From Marsupella aquatica (lineage: Eukaryota > Plantae > Marchantiophyta): a stretch of 64,000 nucleotides of DNA. Positions 1-12,360 of this stretch are shown piece after piece. The notes beneath the pieces were generated by a model. The model saw only the letters and a list, made by a program, of their open reading frames with translations, was not told where the DNA came from and ran no database searches. The translations under genes and the position numbers were made by a program. The DNA lies in contig OZ316894.1 of the NCBI GenBank assembly GCA_973895155.1, positions 9,138,234 to 9,202,233 on the forward strand. The letters are read 5' to 3'. How positions within the stretch are numbered: position 1 is the stretch's first letter; each line of letters opens with the position of its first letter.

Positions 1-3000
1 TTACTCTCTGCGCATTAGTAATGCTGGCAGGAGGCGGCTGTTGAGCAGCTGGCTGAATCTGCTCTGATCTGACTTGTGCCAAGATTCGAGCTGTTTCTGA
101 GCCTGCCACCAACGATTCCTTTAGAACTGGGCGCACAAACAAAGACTTTCTGGTTTTAGAACGGGCAGGCACCGATGTGCCAGCCGACTCGGAGCCTTCA
201 GACAAGGTGCTCGGAGACGAAGGTTTTGGTTTAAGGTTTAGGGTTTTGACAACAATTACCTCCTCATCGATATCAAATTGGGTTCTGATCCGTACCTCAG
301 TGCTCGGAGACGAAGGTTTTGGTTCAGGGTTTAGGGATTTGACAACAATTACCTCCTCATTGATACCAGACAGGGTTCCGATCCGTACCTCAGTGCTGGT
401 AGTTTGTGAATCTCTACGGGGAACAGGAGAAGGGGTTCCTAGCCCTGACTCTGACGATAATCCCTCGAAGCTTTTGGATCGACGAACTCCCGCCCCTCTC
501 TCGCTACCTGGAGTTGAGATGCTAAAGGCTCGCTCACTGGCAGTTTCGTAATTTGATTCTGAAGGAGATTGTACGCTAAGTTCTGGGTTCCCTGCTATTC
601 CCCTGACATCTGCATATTCGCTGGCACTGGGCCCTTCTTCATCGAGGTTGGTGTCGCCCTCGTAATTATCTTCATCCAAAGTTATAATTGGAGATTGTGA
701 CTCTGTCTCCTGATCGTATAGTTCTTCTCCAACGCTTGAAATCACTTCAAAAGCATTTCTATTTTCTGTATCGATTACAGTATTTGAAACCGATCTAAGA
801 GCATCTCTATTCTCTAAGCGCGGAGTGTCCGAAATCACTTCACTCGCATCATGAGCAGATCGAGAAGTAGATCCCAGTTGGTCATCGTGTCCCTTTAAGT
901 AGCCTGCATCGTCACCCTCGGATTTTATTTCCTCAACCTTGACATCGGGTATGGGAGGAGATTCATTTTCGAGCGGGATCACATGTTCTTCAAAGGTAAT
1001 GATCTGTTCAATCTGCACATTTAGAGTCCGCTGATTGTTAGGGAAATCATAGTTTTCGGTAGGCAAGCCACCTTCGGTCTGATCAAGATCAACTCCCTGT
1101 AAAACATCAAATGTTTGACCTCTAACGCCGCCGTGGTTTATGTTAATGCCGCGTTGAAGCTCACTATCTTCCTCCACAGCTATTCTAGGTTGGGATGCGG
1201 TATTGTCATCGTCCTGACCATACAATGCGTTTCCGGCGCTCGAAACAACATCAAAACCATGTCTATCCTCCGCATCCTTTTGAACGTTTGAAGTCGATCT
1301 AAAAGCATATCTATTGTCTGAGAGCGAAATGTCCCAATCTCCTTCACTCGAATCAGCAGATCGAAAGGAAGGCGATGGTAATTGGGTATCCTCTGCATGC
1401 GATTTATTCCCAAGTCTGTTCGCATCTCTCTCAAAATCCTGGATCTCTTCAATCTTCAAGCCATCGTTAATATGATCCAGACCACCTTCCCTTGAAACTT
1501 CTGTGGTCGGAGAAGATTTTGATAAACCTTTGTTCAAGATTATTTTCCTGAATATTTGGTAAGCTGCGTCAGATCCAAGATGGGACTCGTCTTGAGGAGA
1601 TTGAAGGCCTCGTTGCTTGGACGTCTCTTTCTTAAATTTTAACACAGCCAAGTCTAGGCCTCTGACATGGCGCGACTCCAAACGAGATTGCTCGTCTTCT
1701 TTCAAAAAACCTTTCTTCACTGTATCCATGTCATCAGACGGTCCGTTCTCTCTAGACTTGGGAGGTCTCTCGTGGCTCCGTGCGACCATTTCCCAAGCAG
1801 CAAGTTTTTCAGAGAACTTCAATTTGGGAAAGTTCTGATCAATCATTGTGGATCTTGTAAACATCTTGTTACTTTCTAATATTTGCCCATCTTCCTTCTC
1901 ATCCACAGTTATGAATCTGGTTTCCAACTTGTACCCATGTATTTCTTCGTGCGTGACTTTCTCGTCGTCATGCGCGATCTGGAAACCTTCGTGCGTGGAG
2001 CCTCGACGACTCTTGGCGTGAGACGAGCCTAAAGAACCATATTCGAGTTCACCCAACGATTCAGAATGATCTCCAACCCGGCCTTGCGCAAGATGCCAGG
2101 AGTCGACTTGCCTTCCATCTTTCTGGTGAGGAAGACGTTCATGACGCAAATCTTCTTCCTCGTCTAGCAATAATCGGGATGAAACAGATGGAAGGTAATT
2201 TCCATCCTGTTGACTGTCACCTTTGTGCGCATGGCTGGAAATTTGATGGTCCACTTCTTCTATATGATACATATCCCGCCTCTCGACAACAGGCTTTTGG
2301 AATTGCTGGTGTTTGGATACTAAAGCACCTTCCTCGTACAGGAACGATTCGTCCAGAGTCTTAACTTGATGATCACCCCCCTTATTAACTCTGTCATGGG
2401 GGTGTTGTGTGCTTGGCAATAATTCGCTATGTTCTTCGAAAGGATGACTAGTAGTAGCTTGGTAGTCTGATTGGTAAGATGGAGATGCAGAAGATGAGGG
2501 AAATCGGTTTTCTATGTCCTCTTCATTCATAAGCTGAGCAGTCCCTAGAGCAGTGTGTTCGAAGGCCCTATACATTTGACCTAATTTACTTAGTTGACTA
2601 AAGTTATCTTCCTCTGCCTCAAGCTTGTAATTCCTAGATTCAAGTTCCTTCTCGAATTTCTCATCTTTCTCAGTCGGGATTACATCCTCAGAATCGTGAG
2701 ACGTCGAAGGGCTTGAATTGTTATTGACTTCGTCGGCAAACCGACCCTCTCGTCGCTCTAGCTGAAATTCTTGACCCTCCTCTTTCTCCACAGTACGGAG
2801 GACTTGCTGCATTTCAGGTGTAACAAGCGCTGAGCTCAGCTCTTTCTCTACTCCAGTCGGTGTTTTATACTCACTATCATGATCACCATCCTCAGCGTAA
2901 ACAACGGAAGGTTCTCCCAAAAGTTCAGTTACCGTAACTTCATCCTCTGTTCTTGCGTTGCCTTGTTCCTGTTCCTCATTGTCAGTGACGATAACCAATT

Positions 3001-6000
3001 CTTCCACAGTTTCAATCTCGATTTCAAACATTCGAGGCTGATTAGGAGCATCTACTGATCCGAGAGGAATTTGGCTTATTAGCTGAAGTGCATCTGCAGC
3101 TAGAGCAAGGGTTCGGTCCACTGATTCCAGCGATTCTGGCGAATTAGTGGTACCTTGAAGGTCGCTCATGATGTGACCCAAGTCCTTTTGCTCGTATATA
3201 CGTTCTTCCTGAGACTGGAATTCGAATGAACGTCCATCATTTGCCAGACGACCGCTTGCGTCAACTACAGTAAAGTCACCTGGTGTTGAGTACGCTTCTG
3301 TCAGGTCGTGTAATTTTCTAGAGATCTCGGTTAGAAGTTCGGAACGATGACTTTCGCTGCTGCTTTCGAGTCTGCGTTCACTGTTACTTTCGTTCTCTTC
3401 CACGGTGTGACCAGCAACTCGGTATTCATTGTTGAGTTCAGATGATCCTACACTTTCCAGAGGACCGCCTTCTTTGATTAATGCCTCCTTGTAAGCTGTT
3501 AATAGCTTGGAAATCTCAGGGTTTCTTTGAAATTGTCCATCAGAAGAAGATCCATCTGTATCTTCATTGGAACCTGGACGAACAAGGTTGTTCAGGTATT
3601 CAGCTATTGCACCATTGTTCAATTCATTGGATTCATGATGTTCAAAACTGCCTAGACCTTGGTCGGATTCTGAAAAGCAACGAGGAACAGTACCTGAATC
3701 AATCAGTGCGTCTGATGGATTCTGTGGCACCACATTGTTTGAAGTGTCGCCTGCTGTTGAAGTGGATGTCATATCATGAATGTTGTCAGATACTTGGCTA
3801 CATTCGATTTTATCATGACCAAAGGAGTCAGGCACTGCTTCAGGGAGAGGGTTCTCCCCATTGCCATTAACAAGTTCAGCTCGATCCGCAGTTTTGGCCT
3901 GTGATCCTGGTTCGTTATCCATCGTAGACACCTGACCTTCAAGATTCTTCAGGGAACCTGAAGATTTATTGTTCCCATCTCCCTTAGGGTCAAATGATTG
4001 TCTAAAGTATGTTTTCTCAGGGGTGAAGAATGTTGAAGTCGTAAGACTGTCCAAATTTGGTTTTTCATCCTCTTGTCGATACAGATGGGATTTCATAGGA
4101 TATTCATATTTAGCCTGCATTTTCCTCCTGAAGTTCGAAACTGAAGGACTCAAAGCTTGCGGAGGATCAGTAGGACTTGGACATCGAGACGGTCTTCCAG
4201 AGTATTGTGCCACAGCTGCTCTATTCGTGTGTGGCCAGTTTGATGTCCCTCTTGGAGTGGACGGTGTTTGGTAAGGCGCTGTTCTGTTAGGAGACCTTGA
4301 CAGCCCAGTGCGATTTCCATCCTTTTGTTCTCTGTTTCCTACAGCCCTGGAAGCGAATGGGAATAAACAGTCTGCTCTTGGACACAGACGAGCTTCATAT
4401 TCTTCCTCATGAGGTTTCAGTTTAGAGTCGGTCTTCATGTTCTTTGAATTCATTCTTTTGTTACCAACGCTTGTAGAATTTAAGGGACTCCTCTTCGGCG
4501 TCCATTCTTTACTATCGACCGATTTGATGTGCCCCGTTCCCTTCTGTAGAGGTGAGCCCGGTCGTTCGGAAAGAACTCGGAGTCCGGATGGGTCTTTCCT
4601 AGATAGAAAGATCTTCACTCGAGGCACATTTTCCAGAGGCGGTCGTTGTTTTGCCAGATTTCTTGGATGATCTTGAGATTGAAAGCACGACATCTGATTC
4701 CTGCTCACATCTGAATGATCACGAAGAGGATTTCTACTCTTCCTTTGGGGTGTACATGGGCCCGAATTGGGTCTCGAGGCCCTGCTGTAGACCTGTCGTC
4801 GACGTTTCGTGAATATACAGCATCTGGACGTTCCCCTTGAAGTCAGGAGGCGTTTATCCTCCTCCCCTGCAGATCGCCTTCTCCGTGTTTGCAACTTAGA
4901 AAGCGATTTAAAGGGCCACCATAGAAATAAGAGGCCATTCTTGACCACAGAAAAGCTCGACTTCCGCTTCGAATCAAGATCTGGTTTACGTGACCTGAAA
5001 GGAGCCAGGCTTCTTCTGGTTTTGGAGAGCTTTCCCTTTATGTTCAAATCTTCACAAGGATGTGGGTGCATTGAAGATTTATGACCTTCGCCACCGTCTC
5101 CCTTTCTTGGAGTCCTGGACATCCTCGGGGATCGGAGATGGTGAGGAAGATGATGGCAATGGAAGTGTAGACTGGAAGGGCTATTTGCAGAGTGTGCATG
5201 GTCCCTAAGAAGTCTAAATTCTTTCCTGGGAGTGCATTGACTCGGAGACAGTTTGCAATTTAAGGACCTTCCGCTCTGTCCTGATTCTGCAGGAGAACCA
5301 ACTTTAGCACGATCAGAATCGGAAAGTTCAGGACTCGTACTAATTTTTAGAGGCCTTTCTGAAAATTTAGCCTTTAGGGAATCAGGAGCAGACAGAACCT
5401 CCAATTTTTGATGCTTTCCAGGAGGATGAGCTGGGGAAGAGTTGCCGCTCTTTTCTACGTGATGAGGAACCTCCTCCATTGAAGGCTGGGGTGAGTGCAG
5501 CCTTTTTTTCCCATGGTGGGGTGCAGCCTGAGAGACTGGCAAAGCCTTCCAGTTCGACTCGGAGCTGTGAGAAGTGTTGCTTTGCCAAACGTGTCCTTCT
5601 TCCGTGATCCGAGAGTGCACAGAACTAACAGCAATTTGACGTGACTCGTCTTTTCTCATCTTCTCACTATGGTGGGATTTAGCTACACGTCTAGAATGTT
5701 CATTATTCAGCTTAAGATGAGGGAGTCTGGAATTGCCGAGATGTTTTATATCCTTACCCCGGTTTGGGAGCACCTTCTTCTGCAAACGGCTGCTCTTGGT
5801 GGCACTGTGGTGAACATTTCCGTCACCATGAGAAGTTTGAAATTTCGGAGGGTGGTGTTCAAGTTGTTGCTCATGAGACCGCTGCCTCTCAGAATCAGAT
5901 CGAGGAGGAGATTCCGCCGAGCGATGGGACAAGGGAGGGTGTTGTTTACTTGGGTGTTGATCATGATGAGACCTGGGCCTCTCAGAGTGATCAGATCGAG

Positions 6001-6946
6001 GAGCACCATCCGCCGAGTGATGCAGACCGTGGCCAGGAGATTTTGCACGTCTGTCGGACATGGCGTTCTCGTCATGGCCATGCTTTTCGAACTCCTCCTT
6101 GGACAGAATTTTCATTGGAATCGCCTGCCCACACAGGAGTGCATCCTCAGCTCTCACATCTGCCCTCTTCTCTTTAAGATATGCCCTTAAAGTACTTCTC
6201 CAAAGGCATTCATCTCCAAGAGGAGGCCTTTGAATGAGGTCTCTATAGTATCTTGGTTCTGGACGAACCGGTAATCTTTCTACAAGTAGTTCATGTCTTA
6301 AAGGGTCTGAAAAATTCCTTATGTCAGGCGGGTGCCATGCTAGGGCGTTTAAGCCCTGAATCCCTCGCTTTCTCCTACCTGCTCGCCTACCTGGCGAAAG
6401 TGATAATGTTCTTCTACACCGTGATAAGGGGTCACGATAATACCCAACATTACCTGCTGCTTTGAAAGGAACGATGGACCTCATGTTATCGAAATTCGGT
6501 CCCCCCGGAGATCCACCCCCTCTCCTAGAACAATCTTCTTGACACCCATCTCTTTGGCACTGGGTGTAATAAGGATAGCCTTCAAAAATTGAGAGAGCAT
6601 CTGGATCCATTTGTCTCTCTGCAGGATTTCCACTCGTGGAATGGTCCATGCGCTCGATAGGCTCTCCATGACAACAATGATGTACTTCTGGATCTGCTTG
6701 TAGCTCCGGTTCAGGCTCTTTAGCTTCAGGGTAGAATCTCAAGTTCTCTTTCCAAGCAACATCAGAATCATAGTAAGATGGACGGTCAGACTCTGTTGGT
6801 CGACATGAGAAGTCCTTAAAATCCTCCACCTCATCTTCGGATAATTCGTCCGCAAAAGAAAAGCATGCAGCTATACATGGCACTTTTTTAATCCCTGGGG
6901 GGCATCTTTCTTCTGTCTTTCTGATACACGCTAGTGTGATCTGTTT
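1..6946 (-). CDS. Giant low-complexity/disordered protein, one uninterrupted exon of about 2,315 codons, truncated at the window's left edge
   Basis: Manual translation of the minus strand found no stop between the in-frame TGA at 6958-6956 and position 1. It is absent from the ORF track, probably because its stop lies outside the window. A candidate acceptor (ttgaacAG, 6948-6947) precedes the frame, and the first in-frame ATG is at 6649. The N-half is S/R/K/H/P-rich and the C-half is E/D/S-rich. No recognisable domain. Confidence 0.8.
207..392 (-). repeat. 93-bp (31-aa) in-frame tandem duplication inside the giant ORF
   Basis: gtgctcggagacgaaggttttggtt starts at 207 and at 300. It encodes STEVRIGTLSGINEEVIVVKSLNPEPKPSSP and STEVRIRTQFDIDEEVIVVKTLNLKPKPSSP. 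Confidence 0.95.
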
Positions 6947-7392
6947 CTGTTCAATTCAGGTGCAGTTCCAGAGCTTTTAGGATTCCATTGTCATTGTTCA
7001 AACCATGTTACTGATGTTCCCCTAATTGACACGTAGGCAATTATTATCGCACGATCTCGCCTAATAGTAAGCATTAACCCTGCCAATCTGTACAAACTGA
7101 CTACAGCTACGGATTCAATATGTGAACCGCTGCTCATCAGTCTCTAGGTCTGTGTAGGAAAGTATCTAAACGAGAGCTACGACCGTTCTGAGCATGTAAC
7201 TCTGCGTCATGAAGCTGAGCATCATGATTAAAGTGGATGAGACAAGTGAAGAATGGAAGAGAGGATTTGTGAGCCAGGGATTCGTTTACAAATCAGTTAT
7301 TTCCACTGGAGCAAAAAAGTGCATCAAACACTTTACCCCTATTTTAACAAACTCATCACAAACTTCATTTCGATTGGCATCCCAGCTAGCTT

Positions 7393-8487
7393 TCAGACCA
7401 AGTCTTTGATTGGATGAATGTGAGAAATTTGGTACAGTACCGCATGATTGGCAATCGGTGCAGATTTATGAAGGAACACTTTACAACCCCTTCGTAAACC
7501 CTTGACAGATGAGACCGCTGCTTTAGTTACAACGGGGCCGTACACGTGAATGCTGTCGTTCAAAACTCTGAGAGAACATACTGCAAAGTGGTGGGCCATC
7601 TCAAGACCCACGTATGCCAAAATTCGCAGTCCTACGCATGAAACGGCAAGGCCAGTGCTACAATGTTCCTTCATCTTTTCCACTCGGGCGTCGCCCACAG
7701 GCAGAAGCTTTACTTCAACAACTTCGTCGGGTGGCGGAGGAGGAGGCATGAGCTCTGCAGGCATTGCTATGTTCTCAGGCTCTGGCTCAGTCTCTGGTTC
7801 TACGCTATCATGCAAAAGCTTCAGGCTTATCTGATTAGCTGTATCGGAAGAAGAGAACAGGGAGACTCGGACATTCCTAGGTCTGGCCACAAAGTCTGTA
7901 GCTTCCATTAGTTCGGGAGGCTGTTCTACAGGCTTCACGTTCAGTTGGAGTTTCACAGGTTTTGGATAAAGGCAACTGGGAAGATTTTCCTGATCATACC
8001 GGAAAATCTCTGCGGGTAGGCATCGACCTTCCTGAGGAGAGGCCATCATGGCTCGTGCCGAGGAAATGGGGTAGCACCCCACTTCTGTTGTCTGTCTCTG
8101 GGTAGATTTCACAGATATGATCTCATCTGCAGCTCTGCCAGGCAATATCTGGTGTTGAGAAATTTGGACATCCCTGTTGCCGCCGAGGTAGGAATAGTTA
8201 GAATGATCGCCATTCCTTGAGTAGTAAGGGAAACAATCGATACCAGCCACTGGTGCCCTTGATGAGATTCTCAACTCTGTACATTGACGTGGGTGGAATG
8301 CATCTGAGCCAGGACCATTTGGCAAAGCTACGAGACGATCAGTATGAACTGTGCGCATAACATTTCTCTCAAAATGTACTGGAACGCGGTTTCCCAGGTG
8401 GGAAGGCACATCAGGGCGCCCTCTTTCAGAAATGACAGGAAGGTGGTGTCTGTCGTTATGATGGTGATTGGAGCTACCCCTTGTCAT
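7393..8487 (-). CDS. 364-aa hypothetical protein (poly-Pro, EPE repeats); either a standalone gene or exon 1 of the giant ORF
   Basis: Long ORF with a U-rich acceptor (tttgtttgtcgtgccAG) 4 nt before the ATG, suggesting a 5'UTR intron. A phase-0 donor GCG|GTACTG at 7441/7440 would join in frame to 6946. Confidence 0.7.
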   Translation of the reverse strand: MTRGSSNHHHNDRHHLPVISERGRPDVPSHLGNRVPVHFERNVMRTVHTDRLVALPNGPGSDAFHPRQCTELRISSRAPVAGIDCFPYYSRNGDHSNYSYLGGNRDVQISQHQILPGRAADEIISVKSTQRQTTEVGCYPISSARAMMASPQEGRCLPAEIFRYDQENLPSCLYPKPVKLQLNVKPVEQPPELMEATDFVARPRNVRVSLFSSSDTANQISLKLLHDSVEPETEPEPENIAMPAELMPPPPPPDEVVEVKLLPVGDARVEKMKEHCSTGLAVSCVGLRILAYVGLEMAHHFAVCSLRVLNDSIHVYGPVVTKAAVSSVKGLRRGCKVFLHKSAPIANHAVLYQISHIHPIKDLV

Positions 8488-11400
8488 GCTTCTGGCACGA
8501 CAAACAAATGTAGAGCATTTCAGTGCGAAGGCTATTGAAAAGACTGTTCAAATGTCAGAATATTAATGTGTCAACAAGCTCTCCTGCAATCAGTCATCTC
8601 CTATCCACAGCCCACCAACGAAACGTATGGGATATGAGAAAAGGGATTGTACAAACTTTATTAGCTAAATCAGGTGGCATATTAAGTAAGTTGCAATAGA
8701 CAGTAGAAGAAGGAAGCGTTTCTAAGATCCTAAGCACAATTGTAGAGGCTTGAGAGTAGTCAATGGCTCGCTTGTTGATATCAAGGTAAAATGTTGTAGA
8801 CCTTCAGCAGAAAGAACTACAGTAGAGATTGCTCGATATCGAGTGTTGAGATTCAAGCATTCGAAAATTGGAGTGAATTCTCAAACCTGGCGGTCGAGGG
8901 GAGATGGCAAACACGTTGTATATAGGGACGTGCGGGAGAAATTCCAAAAGGGCGTGCGGGAGAAATTTTGCATCGATTTGCTTAAGAACGACTATGATCT
9001 TTCTTCAAGAAGTCACTAATTCATCCGAAACAACTTTCGAGCGATTCAGCTTGCTACTTGTCTAGCATAAAACGAGATTCCCCATTTCAAGACTGTTGTC
9101 CGACCAGGCGATGCTGGCGTGCAGGGTGCCCGGGCTGTTGCTTAGGGATCATGCCCAAAGTTTTCTAGAACTCAACAGAAAACGGCTGCAAATAACACGA
9201 AGGGGGCGAAAAATGACAATTCAGAGTCAGTGACTTGGATCTCTGATGACTTAAATCAGACACGTCTGAAACTAAAGTCCTATCAATCACATTTATCTAG
9301 TTATCGTCAATTTAGGAGTTATGTCTAAACAGTTCGTAGAAGTATACAATCATATACAGCTTCCGGACGTTTCTCCCAGAATGCCTTCAAAACTCGTACC
9401 TCAGCAGCTTCGTCGCTGCACAGAGTTGTGCTTTGCAGTCGTTGGAGAGCGAGCGGGTTTGGAATATGCAGCATTTTTGAAGGCAATTACAGCCTATTCG
9501 CCATCCAGACTCAATCGTCCGTTCGCAAGGCAGAGTCGTGAAAGATAACGCTCTGCTTTGGCGTAGGAGAAATGCAAAAATTTGTCATGTCCTTGAAGTA
9601 GGAAATTGACGTATTGATCGATCGTAAGTTGGACGCAACGGGTGCTAGTGTAAAGTGCTCGCCATGAGAAGTTGCTGTCTTCCTAATGGTTCATCCTTAC
9701 GTTTCATCACGTTGCCCCAGCTTCCGGCGGCTCTTAAGATTTCCATTATTGGGTTGAGGAATCATACGTACCTCAATCTGAATGTTAGGCAGCACTTCTC
9801 TTCAGACTTTGCGCGCCGTGGTCCTCGATTGAATTTGATGGCAGCTTTCTTCGATCATGTTTTGAAGACCAACACCTTCCCGCATCCAGAGCTTTGGTCG
9901 CTTCATCCATGATCATTCATGATCATCCACGATCGTGCGTCCGTCGATAAACTACTATCTTCGCATTCCATAGATTTTATCTAGCCAGGTCGATCACATC
10001 TTGGTCATCTCGTTGCACTTCAAAGCATTTCTCAAATTGCTGACATGTTTCGGAGAGGCTCAGAGGCATCGCACATTGTTGGCACTTTTGGAATCACGCC
10101 AACGAGATCATATGGCACACGTCATGTGGCACATTACAAACCGATATCTATAAACCTTGTGTTCTGAATGAAGCTGTGCAACCGTTCAAATCTCCAATCA
10201 TGGCAAATCCGAGAGTTCTAACTTACATTCCCTGCTGTTTAAGTAGGATTGGGAAATGGCTTCTCCTCATTCGCCAATTTTGAAGATAGACGTGAGAAAA
10301 AACTAGGACTCATGTAGAGTCCTGTGTACGTTTATTGGAATTCTGCACAGAAGTCCGACCTAAGTACACAGCTTCGCACGTCACGCCTTCCCTTCATCGA
10401 TTTCCAGCAACCAACACGACTAAGCACAGCAGAATGGCTGGAGTTGTGCTGATTAAAGCTAGATTCTAGCGACTGTATATACAAGCAACTGTCCGTTGGC
10501 AGTCTTCAGCCCCCAATTATGCAGACCGTCTAATTCGCCACCAAACGTGCATCACCATCTCCAGGCCATCGAATGTTCTGTATATCTCCTAGTTTTTCGA
10601 TGCCTCTGAAGCTCTCCGAAACGATTTTTCAGATCTAGAGAAACGATCTGCTTCATGGTGCATCTTTAGAGTGAGCCATATTCCTCTTTCACTTGTGGAT
10701 TCCCAAACAGTTTGGCTTGATTTTGTTGGCGCAATCCGAATGCATAGAGAGGCATGATCCTGAAACAGAACTGGAAAGAGCCAAATTGAGGACTCAAGTG
10801 GAAAATAGTATTATCCATGGAGAGACACCACGTTTGAGAAGCAAAAGACGTACCTGTTGACATATATATACTAACCCAGGATTAAAATCGATCCCTGCTA
10901 CTGCTGTCCAGCTCGTACAGCAAGTGCCTCAACTCCCTGCTGTGAAAGTTTCGACATTGCAGCTCAATTGCACGAAGGATCGGTTGGGTCACAATACTTC
11001 AAAATATCTAAATGTCACGACGAAGGGCTTTCATTCAAGTCCCGTCTATGCCACGAAGCTCTCTTTATCATTAACCCCAGCCAGAAAGCCAGAGGACACA
11101 GCGCATTTGGAAAGGCAGACATGGGCTAGTACAAAATTTTGATGTCTGAGGCCACGACCTGATGCGAAAGGCGATGCATCGTCAGACAACGAGAACGACA
11201 AATCCATAAATTGAAAGTGCATGGAACCCCAATCAATCGTAGATCCGGGATCCGCAAACCCTGATCGAGGTTATGACCGGTTCCAATAGACAGATCGGTT
11301 CGATGACGTCCGATTCAGATAACGTCGAGCACGGAAAAGTGTTCCTTTCTGTCGAAGAACCATCTTCAACAGTCTGACGTACTCGTCATCATTCTCCGAT

Positions 11401-11670
11401 TTGAACACTATCATCTTCCTTAAATTGGGACATGATGGGAGGGAATCTGATACAGAACAATATGGTGGAACGTCAAGGTTCGAAAGACTGCTCGAGATTA
11501 GTAAATGTGTCGTCTCACGACTATCATGTTTGAGACTTTATCTTGTTGCAGCAGAAGAATTCTTAAAGGGGTGAATCTTGGAGGACAGCTTCGGGCAATT
11601 CAACTCCTTGGTCAAAAAAGTACAACTAGTCAGTGGTCGATCCGCGGACGAATAATTGACAAAGGAGATC

Positions 11671-12360
11671 ATGGTCGATAAGAGCCCAAAAGTGGACACT
11701 AGGCCTTCGAAGGCAGACATTCAGGCAGACGCGTGGATGAAAGTTGACGCTGGATTGCCCCCTCCAGTCCTTACCCCGGAACAGCAGGCAGCTCAAGCCA
11801 GTGACCCGAACCTGGTCCAATTGACAGGAGGCCGGAGAAATTCAGGAGTCTATCAGGGACAGCTGATTCACAAGCAGCGGGAGGCCCTAGCGGCGTGGAA
11901 GGAAACAGACAATTACAAGGACGCGTACTTGAAACGGAAGAAGAAGAGGCGGCCCAGGCCAGAATGGATTCCCCAATCCAGAGAATACCAAATGGATGCA
12001 ATCATGAAGGATTTCGACCCGTCCTTGCTTGGAAAACCGGAACCTCCACCTGTGAAGACTCCGGACCCCTACCGCTCAACAGAGTATAAAAAAGAAACCA
12101 AGAAAGATCCAGCCATCCCACTTCATGAAGGCCAGAAGAACGCCTACAAATCTTTAGAGTACCAAAAACTGTGTCCTGTTCCTCCAATTGCTTATCCCGG
12201 TGTTCCCCTGGGAAACAGCCCTGAAGAGGGCCCCTGGATCGAGGTCTTCGATTCCATGTGGAACTCAATCTGGGTCACTCTGAAAGGCCTGGAACTAGGC
12301 GAAGCCGCTAAGAGAGAAGAGTTTTTGGGATACGATCTAAATAGTGACAAAATTGCGTGA
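11671..12360 (+). CDS. 229-aa hypothetical Pro/Lys-rich protein with a basic NLS-like KRKKKRR stretch
   Basis: First ATG at 11671 follows an in-frame TAA. An acceptor-like ttatcttgttgcAG near 11551 suggests a 5'UTR intron. The sequence looks coding, but no family was recognised. Confidence 0.65.
   Translation: MVDKSPKVDTRPSKADIQADAWMKVDAGLPPPVLTPEQQAAQASDPNLVQLTGGRRNSGVYQGQLIHKQREALAAWKETDNYKDAYLKRKKKRRPRPEWIPQSREYQMDAIMKDFDPSLLGKPEPPPVKTPDPYRSTEYKKETKKDPAIPLHEGQKNAYKSLEYQKLCPVPPIAYPGVPLGNSPEEGPWIEVFDSMWNSIWVTLKGLELGEAAKREEFLGYDLNSDKIA

Noticed and set aside
177-6669. Many short ORFs in the track on both strands
   Set aside because: They are shadows or alternative frames of the giant minus-strand ORF.
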